Positions 1 through 9,117 of a stretch of DNA of 52,984 nucleotides are shown here, one piece after another (positions within the stretch are counted from its first letter, which is position 1; the number at the start of each line of letters is the position of its first letter). The notes beneath the pieces were generated by a model. It saw only the letters and a program-made list of their open reading frames with translations. It was not told the origin of the DNA and searched no databases. This stretch comes from a virus (Duplodnaviria; Caudoviricetes). The DNA is taken from the IMG/VR virus record IMGVR_UViG_3300031885_000019, positions 1 through 52,984 of that record; one strand, 5' to 3'. The translations under genes were made by a program, and so were the position numbers.

Positions 1-471
1 GATCTTGGCCGACCGCAGGATGGTGTCCCCGGCCCGAAGACGTATGCGCCAGTCCGGGCGGGCATAATTGATCGAAAACTTTTCCTGGCACTTTGGGCAG
101 ATGACTTCTTGGCGGAGACCACGTTCGGCTTCCAGCGCCTCGTCGTACATCCCGACGGCCCGTCCCGCCATAAGTTCCAGCTCGCGTTTGGTGAGTTTCG
201 TGTCCTCAAGGCCGAAGAGATCGTCGTAGGCTTTACCGAATGCCTCATCGCTCTCCAGCCAGCCGCGGACACGGCGTTCCTTGATCTCCAGGGTCGCACA
301 CGCCTTCCGCCAGCTCCCTTGAACCAGAAGTTCTTGGAAGAATTGGCGTTGTATGGCCATCAGTCCAGAAGCATCACGGCGCTGAAGACCCCGCTCCGCG
401 CCGAGGTAGTCCTCGACCGTCGATACGACCTCTCCCTCTATAGGCACCAGGGACTTGTCGTCACTTGCCAC
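1..471 (-). CDS. Putative terminase small subunit / HTH protein (runs off the window edge)
   Basis: Manually translated, absent from the ORF track. GTG at 471 overlaps the lysin stop and the frame is open to base 1. QRQFFQELLVQGSWRKACATLEIKERRVRGWLESDEAF resembles the N-terminal HTH of TerS proteins; a CPKC motif follows. Confidence 0.55.
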   Translation of the reverse strand, partial: MASDDKSLVPIEGEVVSTVEDYLGAERGLQRRDASGLMAIQRQFFQELLVQGSWRKACATLEIKERRVRGWLESDEAFGKAYDDLFGLEDTKLTKRELELMAGRAVGMYDEALEAERGLRQEVICPKCQEKFSINYARPDWRIRLRAGDTILRSAKI

Positions 472-1204
472 CAATAAGCCTCCCGATGTCCACGAGTGCC
501 TGTCCATTGCCGTCTAGTAGGGCCTTCATCCCGCCCTCCAAGATACCGATACGGAGTGTCAGAAGGCCCGTGACTGCATCCACCACCGCTATCGTTGCTT
601 GGCCGAGCAGTCGCTCGCGGGTGATGAAATACACGTCTTGGTCGGCGTAGACACCCTGTACGTTCGTCCCGCCGGTGTATTGCTCACCAATTACCTGATC
701 TGGATTCCAGCCGCCATAGGGATAGTTCAGGAAATCCTTGTCTGTAGGGTCGCCATCCCAGAAGGCGTTGATGAGATCACAGTCAGTGAATGAGGCCGGG
801 TTGCCCAGGTAGTTTGCCCAGGCGTTATAGCTGGTGTAGATGGTTCGCATCTTGCCAGCGGTATAGGCCGCCTCAATCGCCTCGCGGACGGCGACCTCCT
901 TGATGCCGGGCAGTTCGATGTCTATGGGCACGCGGCACATGGCCGCCCAGAGGTCTTCTGGTATGCCAGAGCGTCCCATCCCGAAATGGCGGGCGCCCTG
1001 TCCGGCAGGGCAGTTGTTGGGCAACGACGTGTAGCCCATAATGATGAGTCCGGCCCTGCTGTAGTTCCGGAGGTTGATGACGCGAGGCGGGGGTTGTTGG
1101 GCCCCGGTCCATAAGCACTGCCAGGCAACCTCGATGCCCGCTTCCCGCAACTTGCAGGCCTCTTCGTAAGAGACCTCATCGAAAGAGGTGTCAATTCCCA
1201 ACAT
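461..1204 (-). CDS. Endolysin, GH25/DUF1906-like muramidase
   Basis: GIDTS at the N-terminus, DIE (DxE) catalytic motif, IYTS..W, QYT and DQD near the domain end. Confidence 0.7.
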   Translation of the reverse strand: MLGIDTSFDEVSYEEACKLREAGIEVAWQCLWTGAQQPPPRVINLRNYSRAGLIIMGYTSLPNNCPAGQGARHFGMGRSGIPEDLWAAMCRVPIDIELPGIKEVAVREAIEAAYTAGKMRTIYTSYNAWANYLGNPASFTDCDLINAFWDGDPTDKDFLNYPYGGWNPDQVIGEQYTGGTNVQGVYADQDVYFITRERLLGQATIAVVDAVTGLLTLRIGILEGGMKALLDGNGQALVDIGRLIGGK

Positions 1205-1206
1205 GA

Positions 1207-1680
1207 TTAGTCCTCCCCTCTAACAAGGCGGTAGCCCCGGTCCAGGAATGTGTCCAAGAACTCCACTGCCTCTTCGATGGTCTCTGCAAAGTAACCGGCG
1301 TAATGTTTGCACCAAGGGTGATCCTTGGAACGTGTGCCAACCACTACCACCGGCTTGTGGTGAACTCCTGCGGCTAGGAACCATTCAAAGGCTGTTCCCC
1401 AACTTGCGTGGTTTCCTGTTAGGACAAGGAGCACATCACAACGCCGGATGTCATCTTCATCCCTCTGGACTAAGGCCGCCTCTGTGACCCCCAACAGGCG
1501 CGTGGTATCCGGGCCGTCCATCGGTTCGGCTAATGTACTGAGGATCTCACGTCCTCGAAGAGGATCCAGCACATCCCAACCCCGCTCCAGTAGGAGAAGG
1601 GTGGCCTGGTGCCGTTCCTTGGCGGCGGCGGTATACATCCGTCCGGACAGTGTGCCGGACAAATACACACACCTTCTCAC
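1207..1680 (-). CDS. Nucleoside 2-deoxyribosyltransferase / dNMP hydrolase-like protein
   Basis: VYLSG, D..DIRRCDVLLV and SWGTAFE motifs of the NDT superfamily. Confidence 0.75.
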   Translation of the reverse strand: MRRCVYLSGTLSGRMYTAAAKERHQATLLLLERGWDVLDPLRGREILSTLAEPMDGPDTTRLLGVTEAALVQRDEDDIRRCDVLLVLTGNHASWGTAFEWFLAAGVHHKPVVVVGTRSKDHPWCKHYAGYFAETIEEAVEFLDTFLDRGYRLVRGED

Positions 1681-1991
1681 TTCACGGCCTCTTCCTCAAA
1701 CAGGATCCACGCGATAAGGGAATAGACAGCTATGTCCCTGAAGGAGTCCACAATAGGTTCGTTCCTAAGCGTCCCGTTCCTGATGAAGGACTTGATCCGC
1801 GTCACCTTGTCATTGAGCCGGATGACCGCCCCGATCCAAGGAGGCACACCGAAGTCCTGGCTGGCACGGATGTTGGCAAAGGGATCGTCGCCCGCGCCGT
1901 AATCTGCTTGTTTTTGGCTGTGGGTTTCGGCGATCTGTTCCAACTTCTCTAGAAAACGGCGGTCGCCGCCGCGCTCCTCAAAGGTACACAT
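1677..1991 (-). CDS. Nucleotide-modification-associated domain 1 (DUF1599-like) protein
   Basis: KQADYG...PFAN, IRLNDKVTRI, DSFRDIAVYS. Confidence 0.7.
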   Translation of the reverse strand: MCTFEERGGDRRFLEKLEQIAETHSQKQADYGAGDDPFANIRASQDFGVPPWIGAVIRLNDKVTRIKSFIRNGTLRNEPIVDSFRDIAVYSLIAWILFEEEAVK

Positions 1992-1997
1992 AGTCGC

Positions 1998-2183
1998 CTA
2001 CGGTATGCGGGTCTCCCGGACCTTCCGGCCCAGGAAACTGGCCGTCCAGCCCCAACCCTTAGCGGTCCAGATGTTCAGGGGACCGAGCTGAAGCTCGAAA
2101 CCAGCGTCGTCCTGCGTCCAGTCGATACTGAGCCCCAGGCCAAGGACGTTGTAGCCCAGGACAAAGAACAGTGAGAACCTCAT
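1998..2183 (-). CDS. Hypothetical protein (61 aa)
   Basis: ATGA overlap with the upstream stop, RBS GGAAAGGGAG; start shortened relative to the ORF track. Confidence 0.55.
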   Translation of the reverse strand: MRFSLFFVLGYNVLGLGLSIDWTQDDAGFELQLGPLNIWTAKGWGWTASFLGRKVRETRIP

Positions 2184-3358
2184 TCTCCCTTTCCTCCTAT
2201 GACCTCTAGGTGGCGGACCTCTTCTGCGGTCGCCAAATGGATTCTGTGATGGTGCGTCTTTCCATACTTCGGGTGCAGGAACAGGAGTTCCTGGCTGGGT
2301 AGTCCGGCCTCTGGCCGGGACCGCTCGATAGCAAGCAGAGATGGTCCAACGAAGCACCCGTTCTGGATGACCTCGCCCTGGATCTCCTTCTCTGCGGCCT
2401 GCGGCTCGTGGTGATGTCCCTGGAAGTAGTAGTGGATGATCTCGCCCATCAGTGAGTTCATCCGTAGCTTCACGTCGAAGGCACCTGTGTACGTCCGCAT
2501 CAGGTCGCCGACGCCGGAGCCGTGGCGCCCAACGCAAAGCCAGTTGAAGATGCGGACAGCCGTAAAGAAAGATCGGTGGATGTGCAGGTCGATGAGGCCG
2601 CCCTCCAGGGAGTGAATCCCATTGGCGGTCTCTTTCCACTCACCGCCCGCCGCATTCCGCAGGCGCTCGCCGATGATCTCCCAGGCGAACAACTCGGCAT
2701 TGTCCGGCGTGTAGGCTTCCCTAGCACGACTGGCCAGGCGCCCGTGGTTGCCCGGCACCTTGTAGATGACAACCTTCTTGTAGCGGGTTAGGAAGCCGAG
2801 GAGGATGTTGGTCATGTCCTCCACGAAACCCATCACCTGGAAGAGTATGGGCTCCGACATCTGAAGGGCCTGCGTTGGGAACATTCGCCCGGTCCCTTCC
2901 AGTTCATCACCCAGGGCAAAGAGGTGGAGGGTATCGACGGAGAAGATGAGTTGGCTCATCTGCGTGAATCGCAACAGTCCGTCACGCCACCGTGCCAGCC
3001 GCTCGCGGGCGATGTCGATGTTGTATTCTCCGAGACCACCAGTAACTCGGCGATCTATTTTCGAGTGATAATGCAAGTCCGAGAAGAGTGCCACCGCCTG
3101 TTGGAGGGAGTCGAAGCCCATCTCCTCGATGCGGGTGGCACGTACCTTGTCTGGTATGGGGGGAATGGGGGACCGCGCCTGGAGAAATCCAGACAGGCGC
3201 TCCAGTTGCTCCGCGGACAGATCTACCTTGGGGTCGGACGGCTTGTCGCTTGCGCGACCGCCCGGATGCTTGGGACAATACTTGACGTTGGAGTTTGGGT
3301 TTGGCGGGGCGAAAATATCGCCACAGCCAGGGAACTGGCAGGGTCGTTCCCCACGCAC
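2180..3358 (-). CDS. Calcineurin-like metallophosphoesterase with N-terminal Cys/His finger
   Basis: SDLH, GDELEG, GNHG, RHG and GHHH motifs; N-terminal CQFPGC...CPKH; RBS GAAGGGAGAGAG. Confidence 0.8.
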   Translation of the reverse strand: MRGERPCQFPGCGDIFAPPNPNSNVKYCPKHPGGRASDKPSDPKVDLSAEQLERLSGFLQARSPIPPIPDKVRATRIEEMGFDSLQQAVALFSDLHYHSKIDRRVTGGLGEYNIDIARERLARWRDGLLRFTQMSQLIFSVDTLHLFALGDELEGTGRMFPTQALQMSEPILFQVMGFVEDMTNILLGFLTRYKKVVIYKVPGNHGRLASRAREAYTPDNAELFAWEIIGERLRNAAGGEWKETANGIHSLEGGLIDLHIHRSFFTAVRIFNWLCVGRHGSGVGDLMRTYTGAFDVKLRMNSLMGEIIHYYFQGHHHEPQAAEKEIQGEVIQNGCFVGPSLLAIERSRPEAGLPSQELLFLHPKYGKTHHHRIHLATAEEVRHLEVIGGKGE

Positions 3359-3445
3359 GGGCTCTCTCCCTTCGGGGTTTAGGGCTCAGGGGATTCGCCG
3401 TCCGCCTGGGCTCCTCTTACACTTTCAGGATAGCATGTTCCGCTG

Positions 3446-6241
3446 CTACTGGTCTTCCCCTTCTTCTTTCCGCAGGTCGAGGATGTCTCCCCGCGCCGTC
3501 AACTTGTAGATCGGGTCGCCCCACGTCTTTCCCCAAGAGATTTCGACGGGAATAGACCACCCCAATCGGGAACCATCGGGCAGGATCAAGGTCAGGGCTG
3601 TTTGCTCCCACAGGTGCTTGATGATCCTGGCGGTCTCCTCAGCGTAGGCGTGGTCAGGCCAGTAGAACTCGAACGTGATGGAGTCGTGGACCGAGATCAC
3701 AGGGTAACACTGCCGCTTCTTCAGCACGGGTGCGTTCTCTGTGAGGTTGTGCGCCACGCTGTGCAGTGTTGAGCAACCTGACTGGATGGGATAGTTGATG
3801 CCCTCGCGTATAAGCGCCTCCAGATCGTTGAACCGCCGCATGGCCTTGAGAAGTGACGCCGCCGGGAAGTGGCGCCGCTGGCCGAAGACGTTATCTCTAT
3901 GGCCCAGTTCAATCACGTCTCTCCGCGCCTGGGCGAAGTAGGTAGGCAGGCCGGCCACGACCTGCATATAGCGGGCCCGGATCTCCTGGGCGTCCTCTAG
4001 ACTGCACTCCAGGCGGTCCGCGATCCCCTCATCCGTGAGGCCGTACCCGATTCCGAACACAAGCGTCTTTGCCTTACGCCGGAGTTCGGGGTGTGTTTCC
4101 TTCCACTCGAAATCCGTCATCTCCGGGTCAACCGGCCAGATGGCGCGGCCAATGTAGGTGTGGACATCCTGCCCACTGGCGAGTACCTTCAGCAGTCCAT
4201 CATCTCCCGCTGTGTACGCCAGTCCCCAAACCTCGGCTTGGCTCCAGTCAGCGGTCATAAGACCGAACCCCTCCGGAGATGTGAATGTCCGGCAAAAGGC
4301 GTCCTTGGTCCCGAACTCCGGGATCTCCACGTTGGCTGGGACGTTCTGCATATTCGGTTCGGCCGAAGATAGGCGACTGGTCTCGGCACCACCCGGCCGG
4401 TAGGTACTGCGGATACGGTTGTCTGACTCGATGTAACGGGCAATGCCACCCGTGCCATCCTTCCCGTCGAGGTAGGTTCCCTTCGCCTTCCTTAGTTCCT
4501 TGAGTTCTATCAGGATGGGAAGGATGGGGTGGTCAACTTGGGCACGGACGGCAACCAGGGCGTCCGCCCCAGTCTGGTCGTGCTCGAAGCAGAGTCCAAC
4601 ATCGCAGGCCTCACAGCCGCGGCCACCATCCGTCTTGAAGCCGCTGCGCGGTAGTCCTAGTTCCTCGAAGAGGATGTGCTGGAGGTTCCTGTGGTACATG
4701 TAGTTCCAGGGTGGCTTGGTGTCGGGCAAGGGAATGGCCCAGAGCCGCGCCTCTGCATCCGCGATGCGCTGTGTGTAGTGGGCGCAGAGTTTCTCGAAGT
4801 AGTCCGTGTCCACGAGGACGCCGCGCTTCTCCATCTCCCAGCAGCAACGAACAAGAGGCTGAATGATGGCTTCTGACGCCCAGTGTGTGCCCTCGGCATC
4901 GGCCTTTGCCCGCAGGACTGGGACCACCCGCTCCACGGCATCCGCGTCAGCCGCGCTGTACTTCCAGAGCACGTCGTCCGGTGCCTCCGCCATCTTTCGC
5001 TTGTTGCTACTGACGGCGTTGATCTCTGCCTCGTAGTACGGCATCGGGGGGTTGGCGTAATGGGCCGTCAGGATGGAGAGACTGTGCCGCTTGGTCTTCC
5101 GTGCCTCCGGGGGCATGGCGGTCTCCGCTACCGCGTGGTGCAGCAGCATGGTGTCTTCGATCTGGCCCTTGACCTCTATGCCGAAAGCAGTGGCAGCCGT
5201 CACAAAGGGCCAGTCCGGGCGCCGTTCTAGGAACCGAAGGTCGAAGATGGCGTTCTGCCCCACCTTTTTCTTGTTGCTGCCGAAGATCTCCTTTAGGATG
5301 GCGATTACCTGCGGCCATTCGTCATCCGCCCAGTGGGAGTCAACCTCAGACTTCGGCACCTCCACGAGATAGGGCGGACCCGTAGGACGTGTGGACATGA
5401 AGCGGATTTCGGCCGTTGTCTTCGGGGGGCGCTTCTCTGCCAGCAGATTCTTTGCTATTCCCGGACTGATCTCCACAATGTCCGGTGCCACCCGCTGGTG
5501 TGATAGGAGTGGAACCACGAACCCCTCGCCGGGTTCGGTTGAGAAACTGATGCAGAGCAACTCGCCATGCCGCCAGTCGAGGCCCGTAGTCTCGGTGTCG
5601 AAGGCTATCTCCTTCGTATCGGGATGGAGTAGGTAGTCTCTAAGGTCGGTGAGTTGGGCCAGTGTGGTGACGGCGGAGTAGTCACCAAGGCGGGGCTGGC
5701 CCAGCTCTCCCGACGCTATGCGGAGGGCCTTCTCGAAGTGGGCCTGCACGGTGTCGGCAACGTGCCATTGGCCGCGCAACAAGAAGGCCGGATGGTAACT
5801 GGGAATGAATGGGATCCCTGTCTCTGGCTGAGTGAGGGTCTGGCCCAGGACCGAACTCAGGGCCACGGTCTGGCCGTAGACGCTTTGCAGGGCGACATCC
5901 CCCAGAGCTACGAGGACTAGCGGGGCCACCTTCTGGATCTCTTCGATGAGGTATGGGCGGCAGGCCCGTACCTCGGCCACTGTTGGGCGCCGGTTCCCCG
6001 GACTATGGCAACGGGTCGCGTTCATAAGATAGACGCTCTGTGGTGAGATGCCCGCCATCTCACAGAGTAGCCGGAGTAGTTGTCCACTCTGCCCCACGAA
6101 GGCCTTGCCCTGGGCGTCTTCCTCTTCACCGGGCCCTAACCCTACGAACATAATGCCGCCGGGTGTTCCCCGGCCGCCGACGATGTTCTTTCGGCAGCGG
6201 GCCAAAGCGGGACAGAGGCTACAGTCTGGCGGGGGAGGCAC
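3446..6241 (-). CDS. polA: Family A DNA polymerase with N-terminal uracil-DNA glycosylase (family 4/5-like) and 3'-5' exonuclease
   Basis: UDG: CSLC, FVGLGPGEEED..GKAFVG, NATRC, YHPA. Exo: FDTETTG, QNAIFD, YSAADAD. Pol: DWSQAE (A), RRKAKTLVFGIGYG (B), VHDSI (C). Confidence 0.95.
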   Translation of the reverse strand: MPPPPDCSLCPALARCRKNIVGGRGTPGGIMFVGLGPGEEEDAQGKAFVGQSGQLLRLLCEMAGISPQSVYLMNATRCHSPGNRRPTVAEVRACRPYLIEEIQKVAPLVLVALGDVALQSVYGQTVALSSVLGQTLTQPETGIPFIPSYHPAFLLRGQWHVADTVQAHFEKALRIASGELGQPRLGDYSAVTTLAQLTDLRDYLLHPDTKEIAFDTETTGLDWRHGELLCISFSTEPGEGFVVPLLSHQRVAPDIVEISPGIAKNLLAEKRPPKTTAEIRFMSTRPTGPPYLVEVPKSEVDSHWADDEWPQVIAILKEIFGSNKKKVGQNAIFDLRFLERRPDWPFVTAATAFGIEVKGQIEDTMLLHHAVAETAMPPEARKTKRHSLSILTAHYANPPMPYYEAEINAVSSNKRKMAEAPDDVLWKYSAADADAVERVVPVLRAKADAEGTHWASEAIIQPLVRCCWEMEKRGVLVDTDYFEKLCAHYTQRIADAEARLWAIPLPDTKPPWNYMYHRNLQHILFEELGLPRSGFKTDGGRGCEACDVGLCFEHDQTGADALVAVRAQVDHPILPILIELKELRKAKGTYLDGKDGTGGIARYIESDNRIRSTYRPGGAETSRLSSAEPNMQNVPANVEIPEFGTKDAFCRTFTSPEGFGLMTADWSQAEVWGLAYTAGDDGLLKVLASGQDVHTYIGRAIWPVDPEMTDFEWKETHPELRRKAKTLVFGIGYGLTDEGIADRLECSLEDAQEIRARYMQVVAGLPTYFAQARRDVIELGHRDNVFGQRRHFPAASLLKAMRRFNDLEALIREGINYPIQSGCSTLHSVAHNLTENAPVLKKRQCYPVISVHDSITFEFYWPDHAYAEETARIIKHLWEQTALTLILPDGSRLGWSIPVEISWGKTWGDPIYKLTARGDILDLRKEEGEDQ

Positions 6242-6244
6242 TGG

Positions 6245-6412
6245 TTACTTTCCTCTCGTGGCCTGTAGAAAGATCTTAGGATCCTCCCACCGAGTACCGC
6301 AGTTGATACAGGTAGCGGAGGTGAACTGCATCTCGACCATTCCCTCGTGGTTGCAGTCCACATCCCTGTTCGGCATTAGGATCCAATGCTTGGGGATTCG
6401 ATTTGGGTTCAT
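6245..6412 (-). CDS. Small Cys/His protein (55 aa)
   Basis: Manual translation MNPNRIPKHW...CNH...CINCG; ATGA overlap with the upstream stop. Confidence 0.55.
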   Translation of the reverse strand: MNPNRIPKHWILMPNRDVDCNHEGMVEMQFTSATCINCGTRWEDPKIFLQATRGK

Positions 6413-6624
6413 TGGACCCACCTCTTCTCTATCCCTAGAAGCACGAGTCCCATCGTCAATTCATCTGTCCACACCTCTGCTACCAAGGGGCAGAGGTTGT
6501 CCCGCTTCGTGTGGCAGTGGAGGCAGATCTGGTGCGTCAACTCCATGTACTGCCCCTCTTGCCAGACGTACTCTGGATCGCTCAGGAGCCAGTGATGTTT
6601 ACAGCGGCCGTTTTCCGTTTCCAC
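6409..6624 (-). CDS. Small Cys/His protein
   Basis: CKH...CLHC; fits the operon packing. Confidence 0.55.
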   Translation of the reverse strand: METENGRCKHHWLLSDPEYVWQEGQYMELTHQICLHCHTKRDNLCPLVAEVWTDELTMGLVLLGIEKRWVQ

Positions 6625-7096
6625 TTGTCAATCTCATTAGGCCGAATGCAGCTATCACGGATGCGTCGTACACGTCCTGGGCCAGATTGTCGGGCAACCC
6701 ATAGCGGGCGATGGACCAAGCCTTGATGTCTTCCTTACTCACCCGGTTGGTGCCGAGCATGGCGCTCTTCCAGGTGGAAGGATCGATGAGAGTATGCGGA
6801 ACGCCTAGACGATCTATGGCGTAGCGTAGGGCGCCTACCACCATCCCCAGGTCGATGGCCACCTTCCGGTTGGGGCCTACGAAGGGACGTTCGACCCAGA
6901 TGAAGTTGCACCCCCGCAGGATGCTGTTGGGTAGAAGTTCCTGCATCTGGTGAACGAGCCCCAGGAAGCGATCCTCTGCCCGCTGTCCCCTGGCCTCCAG
7001 GCGCAGCCGGTCTACCAACGTGTCGTCGTGGCCGTTGTTATCAACGACGAAGATGGTGATCGCGTGCGAATCAGGATCGATGCCTGCTACGCGCAT
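6599..7096 (-). CDS. ruvC: RuvC-like Holliday junction resolvase
   Basis: AGIDP, WVERPF, PSTWK, SKEDI, DVYDA acidic catalytic pattern. Confidence 0.85.
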   Translation of the reverse strand: MRVAGIDPDSHAITIFVVDNNGHDDTLVDRLRLEARGQRAEDRFLGLVHQMQELLPNSILRGCNFIWVERPFVGPNRKVAIDLGMVVGALRYAIDRLGVPHTLIDPSTWKSAMLGTNRVSKEDIKAWSIARYGLPDNLAQDVYDASVIAAFGLMRLTSGNGKRPL

Positions 7097-7350
7097 GGCT
7101 TCACTTTATCCCTTTGGGCTTCGTCCCTAACGTAGGCGCGATGGGCAATTTCCTGTTGCGCCTCTCTCTTGACGAGAGGCGCGATCTCGTGGACGTGCCA
7201 ACCACAATTCGTCTGTGAAGGTTTGTCGCAGGCATTGATCAGGTTATGGAGTTCATCGTCGCCCATCTCGACTATAAGACTGTGCATCTTAAGGTAGAGT
7301 TCGCCGAATGGTTCTAGCCGTTTCTTCCAGGTGGGTGTCGCCATCGTCAA
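7087..7350 (-). CDS. Hypothetical protein
   Basis: Fills the gap with overlapping start/stop codons. Confidence 0.55.
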   Translation of the reverse strand: MTMATPTWKKRLEPFGELYLKMHSLIVEMGDDELHNLINACDKPSQTNCGWHVHEIAPLVKREAQQEIAHRAYVRDEAQRDKVKPCA

Positions 7351-8081
7351 CTCCTCGGCCGCGGCGGGGCCAAATCTCTCGACCCGCCGGAGGCCACTAG
7401 CTCCTCGGTGACAGCCTTAACACCTGGGTAGTCCAGGGCATTCTTGAGGGATCGGGCCTGGGCGTTCAGGATCGTCATGTCAGGCACAAGGACAATATCC
7501 GGCACGTGTCCTTCGGCCACGGCCCTTATAAGGGCCATCTTGTCTGTTACCTCAGCATGCCAGGTCTGGCGGGTGCTCAGACCGGAGATCCGTGGGGTGT
7601 CGGACACGACGATGGGGGCCGGGACCAGTGCTGCCTGGTCCTCTAGGGCCTCCGCCATTTCATCTTTACCGGCGGCGGCTGCTCTCTCGGCCCGCGCCAG
7701 CAGGCGTTCTTGCTCCTTACGGGCCTTCTCCCGCAGGCGGGCCTCTTCTTCGGCCCGAATCCGCTCCTGCTCGGCGCGGTAGTGGAGGACACTGCGCTTG
7801 ATGGTTGCCTCAGCGTTGGCCAACAGGGACATAGGCCGTTCGAAGAGGGCCATGATCCTCTTTTTGGTATCATCCAGGGGCCGAGTCATAGAGCGGCGTA
7901 GGTCGTCTAACTCCTTACTCCGGCCTTTGATCCGCTGTAGAAATGCCGCCGCGTCCTCGTACTCTGCGGCCGTCGTGATGGTGACAGCCGCACCGAGGGC
8001 GGCGAGCATACTCTCCGTGTCGTCCGTGAACCGTTGTACTTGTACGTCCGTGCTGGGTGCGTTGGCTGCGTTGGTCGTCAT
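7347..8081 (-). CDS. Coiled-coil hypothetical protein adjacent to exonuclease
   Basis: ATGA overlap at 8078-8081; long E/R/A-rich helix. Confidence 0.7.
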   Translation of the reverse strand: MTTNAANAPSTDVQVQRFTDDTESMLAALGAAVTITTAAEYEDAAAFLQRIKGRSKELDDLRRSMTRPLDDTKKRIMALFERPMSLLANAEATIKRSVLHYRAEQERIRAEEEARLREKARKEQERLLARAERAAAAGKDEMAEALEDQAALVPAPIVVSDTPRISGLSTRQTWHAEVTDKMALIRAVAEGHVPDIVLVPDMTILNAQARSLKNALDYPGVKAVTEELVASGGSRDLAPPRPRS

Positions 8082-8683
8082 GTGTTCTTTTTCCTCCAGT
8101 TGAAGAGTTGAAGTGCCGATAAAAAGGTAGACCAGTCGCCCAGGTCGTCCTTGTATTGGTGCAAACGGTATTTGCCGTCGGCGCCGAGCTGGACTACCCA
8201 ACGTTCCTTGGCTTTGGCTTTGGGATTCTGTTCGTTGTAGGCTACTTGGTAGGCTGCGAGCTGGAGTGCTGCCACAGGGTTGGGTGTGGCACTTGTCTTA
8301 ATGTCAAGGATCGCCCTGACCCCGCGCAGCGCACCAATGCGGTCGATGGTGCCAGCGTAACGATAGCGTGTGGAATAGACCCGTACCTCGATGGCTTCCG
8401 GGATGAATAGAACATCGTCCCTGAACTTCACCCAGGCGCGGACGTAGGGTTCGAGGATCGGATCTGACTGCATTTCCTCCAGGGCGAGGTCATCCTTGTC
8501 ATAGAGAGCCGTGGCTGTGTGTACCAGGGTGCCGCGCTCCTGGGCCGCAGCCATAATCTCCGGATCCATTTGCAGGAAGTCATTGATACCGACCATGACT
8601 TGGGTGACGCTGGGGATGCGGAGTCCACCCAAGAAATAGGAATGGGTGTGTCCTTCGTAGCGGAAGTCTACCGGGCGCGACAT
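8078..8683 (-). CDS. Cas4/RecB-like PD-(D/E)xK exonuclease
   Basis: PSVTQV, RGTLVH, YAGTID, ILDIKT, QLAAY. Confidence 0.85.
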   Translation of the reverse strand: MSRPVDFRYEGHTHSYFLGGLRIPSVTQVMVGINDFLQMDPEIMAAAQERGTLVHTATALYDKDDLALEEMQSDPILEPYVRAWVKFRDDVLFIPEAIEVRVYSTRYRYAGTIDRIGALRGVRAILDIKTSATPNPVAALQLAAYQVAYNEQNPKAKAKERWVVQLGADGKYRLHQYKDDLGDWSTFLSALQLFNWRKKNT

Positions 8684-9117
8684 CTCGACTCCTTCAGCTT
8701 CCGTAGACCACCACGGTACTTAGCCACCAGCCGGTTAGCTTTGGCGGGGTCGAGTTTGATGATGGGCCCAATCCGTCCCAAGTTATCCATCAGGTCGATC
8801 TTCTTGATCGTCTGCGCCGCTACTCCTGCCGCAATCACGCGGTCTATGTAGGCGGTATAGTCTTCTCCCTCCTGTCGGGTGAGGGCGTAGACCAAATCAT
8901 CCACACGGGGTCCGAAGTGGCGCTCGATGTCGGCGATCCGCACGTCAGTATCCTCCACGACATCGTGTAGAAGGGCCGCCGCCTGCTCCTCTTCGTCCAT
9001 TCCGAAAGCCCGCACCATCAGCATCACACGTAGCGGATGTAGGATGTAAGGCTCACCAGCCGCGTCTACTTGGCCCTGGTGGGCTTCTACCGCAAAGGCA
9101 ATCGCTTGCTCAAGCAT
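8668..9117 (-). CDS. HD-domain hydrolase, small alarmone hydrolase / Mesh1-like
   Basis: AHQGQ.D..GEPYILHPLRV, ALLHDVVEDT, IKKIDLMDN. Confidence 0.85.
   Translation of the reverse strand: MLEQAIAFAVEAHQGQVDAAGEPYILHPLRVMLMVRAFGMDEEEQAAALLHDVVEDTDVRIADIERHFGPRVDDLVYALTRQEGEDYTAYIDRVIAAGVAAQTIKKIDLMDNLGRIGPIIKLDPAKANRLVAKYRGGLRKLKESRCRAR

Noticed and set aside
8078-8683. CRISPR-associated cas4
   Set aside because: No other cas genes or array and no Fe-S cysteines; typical phage recombination exonuclease context.
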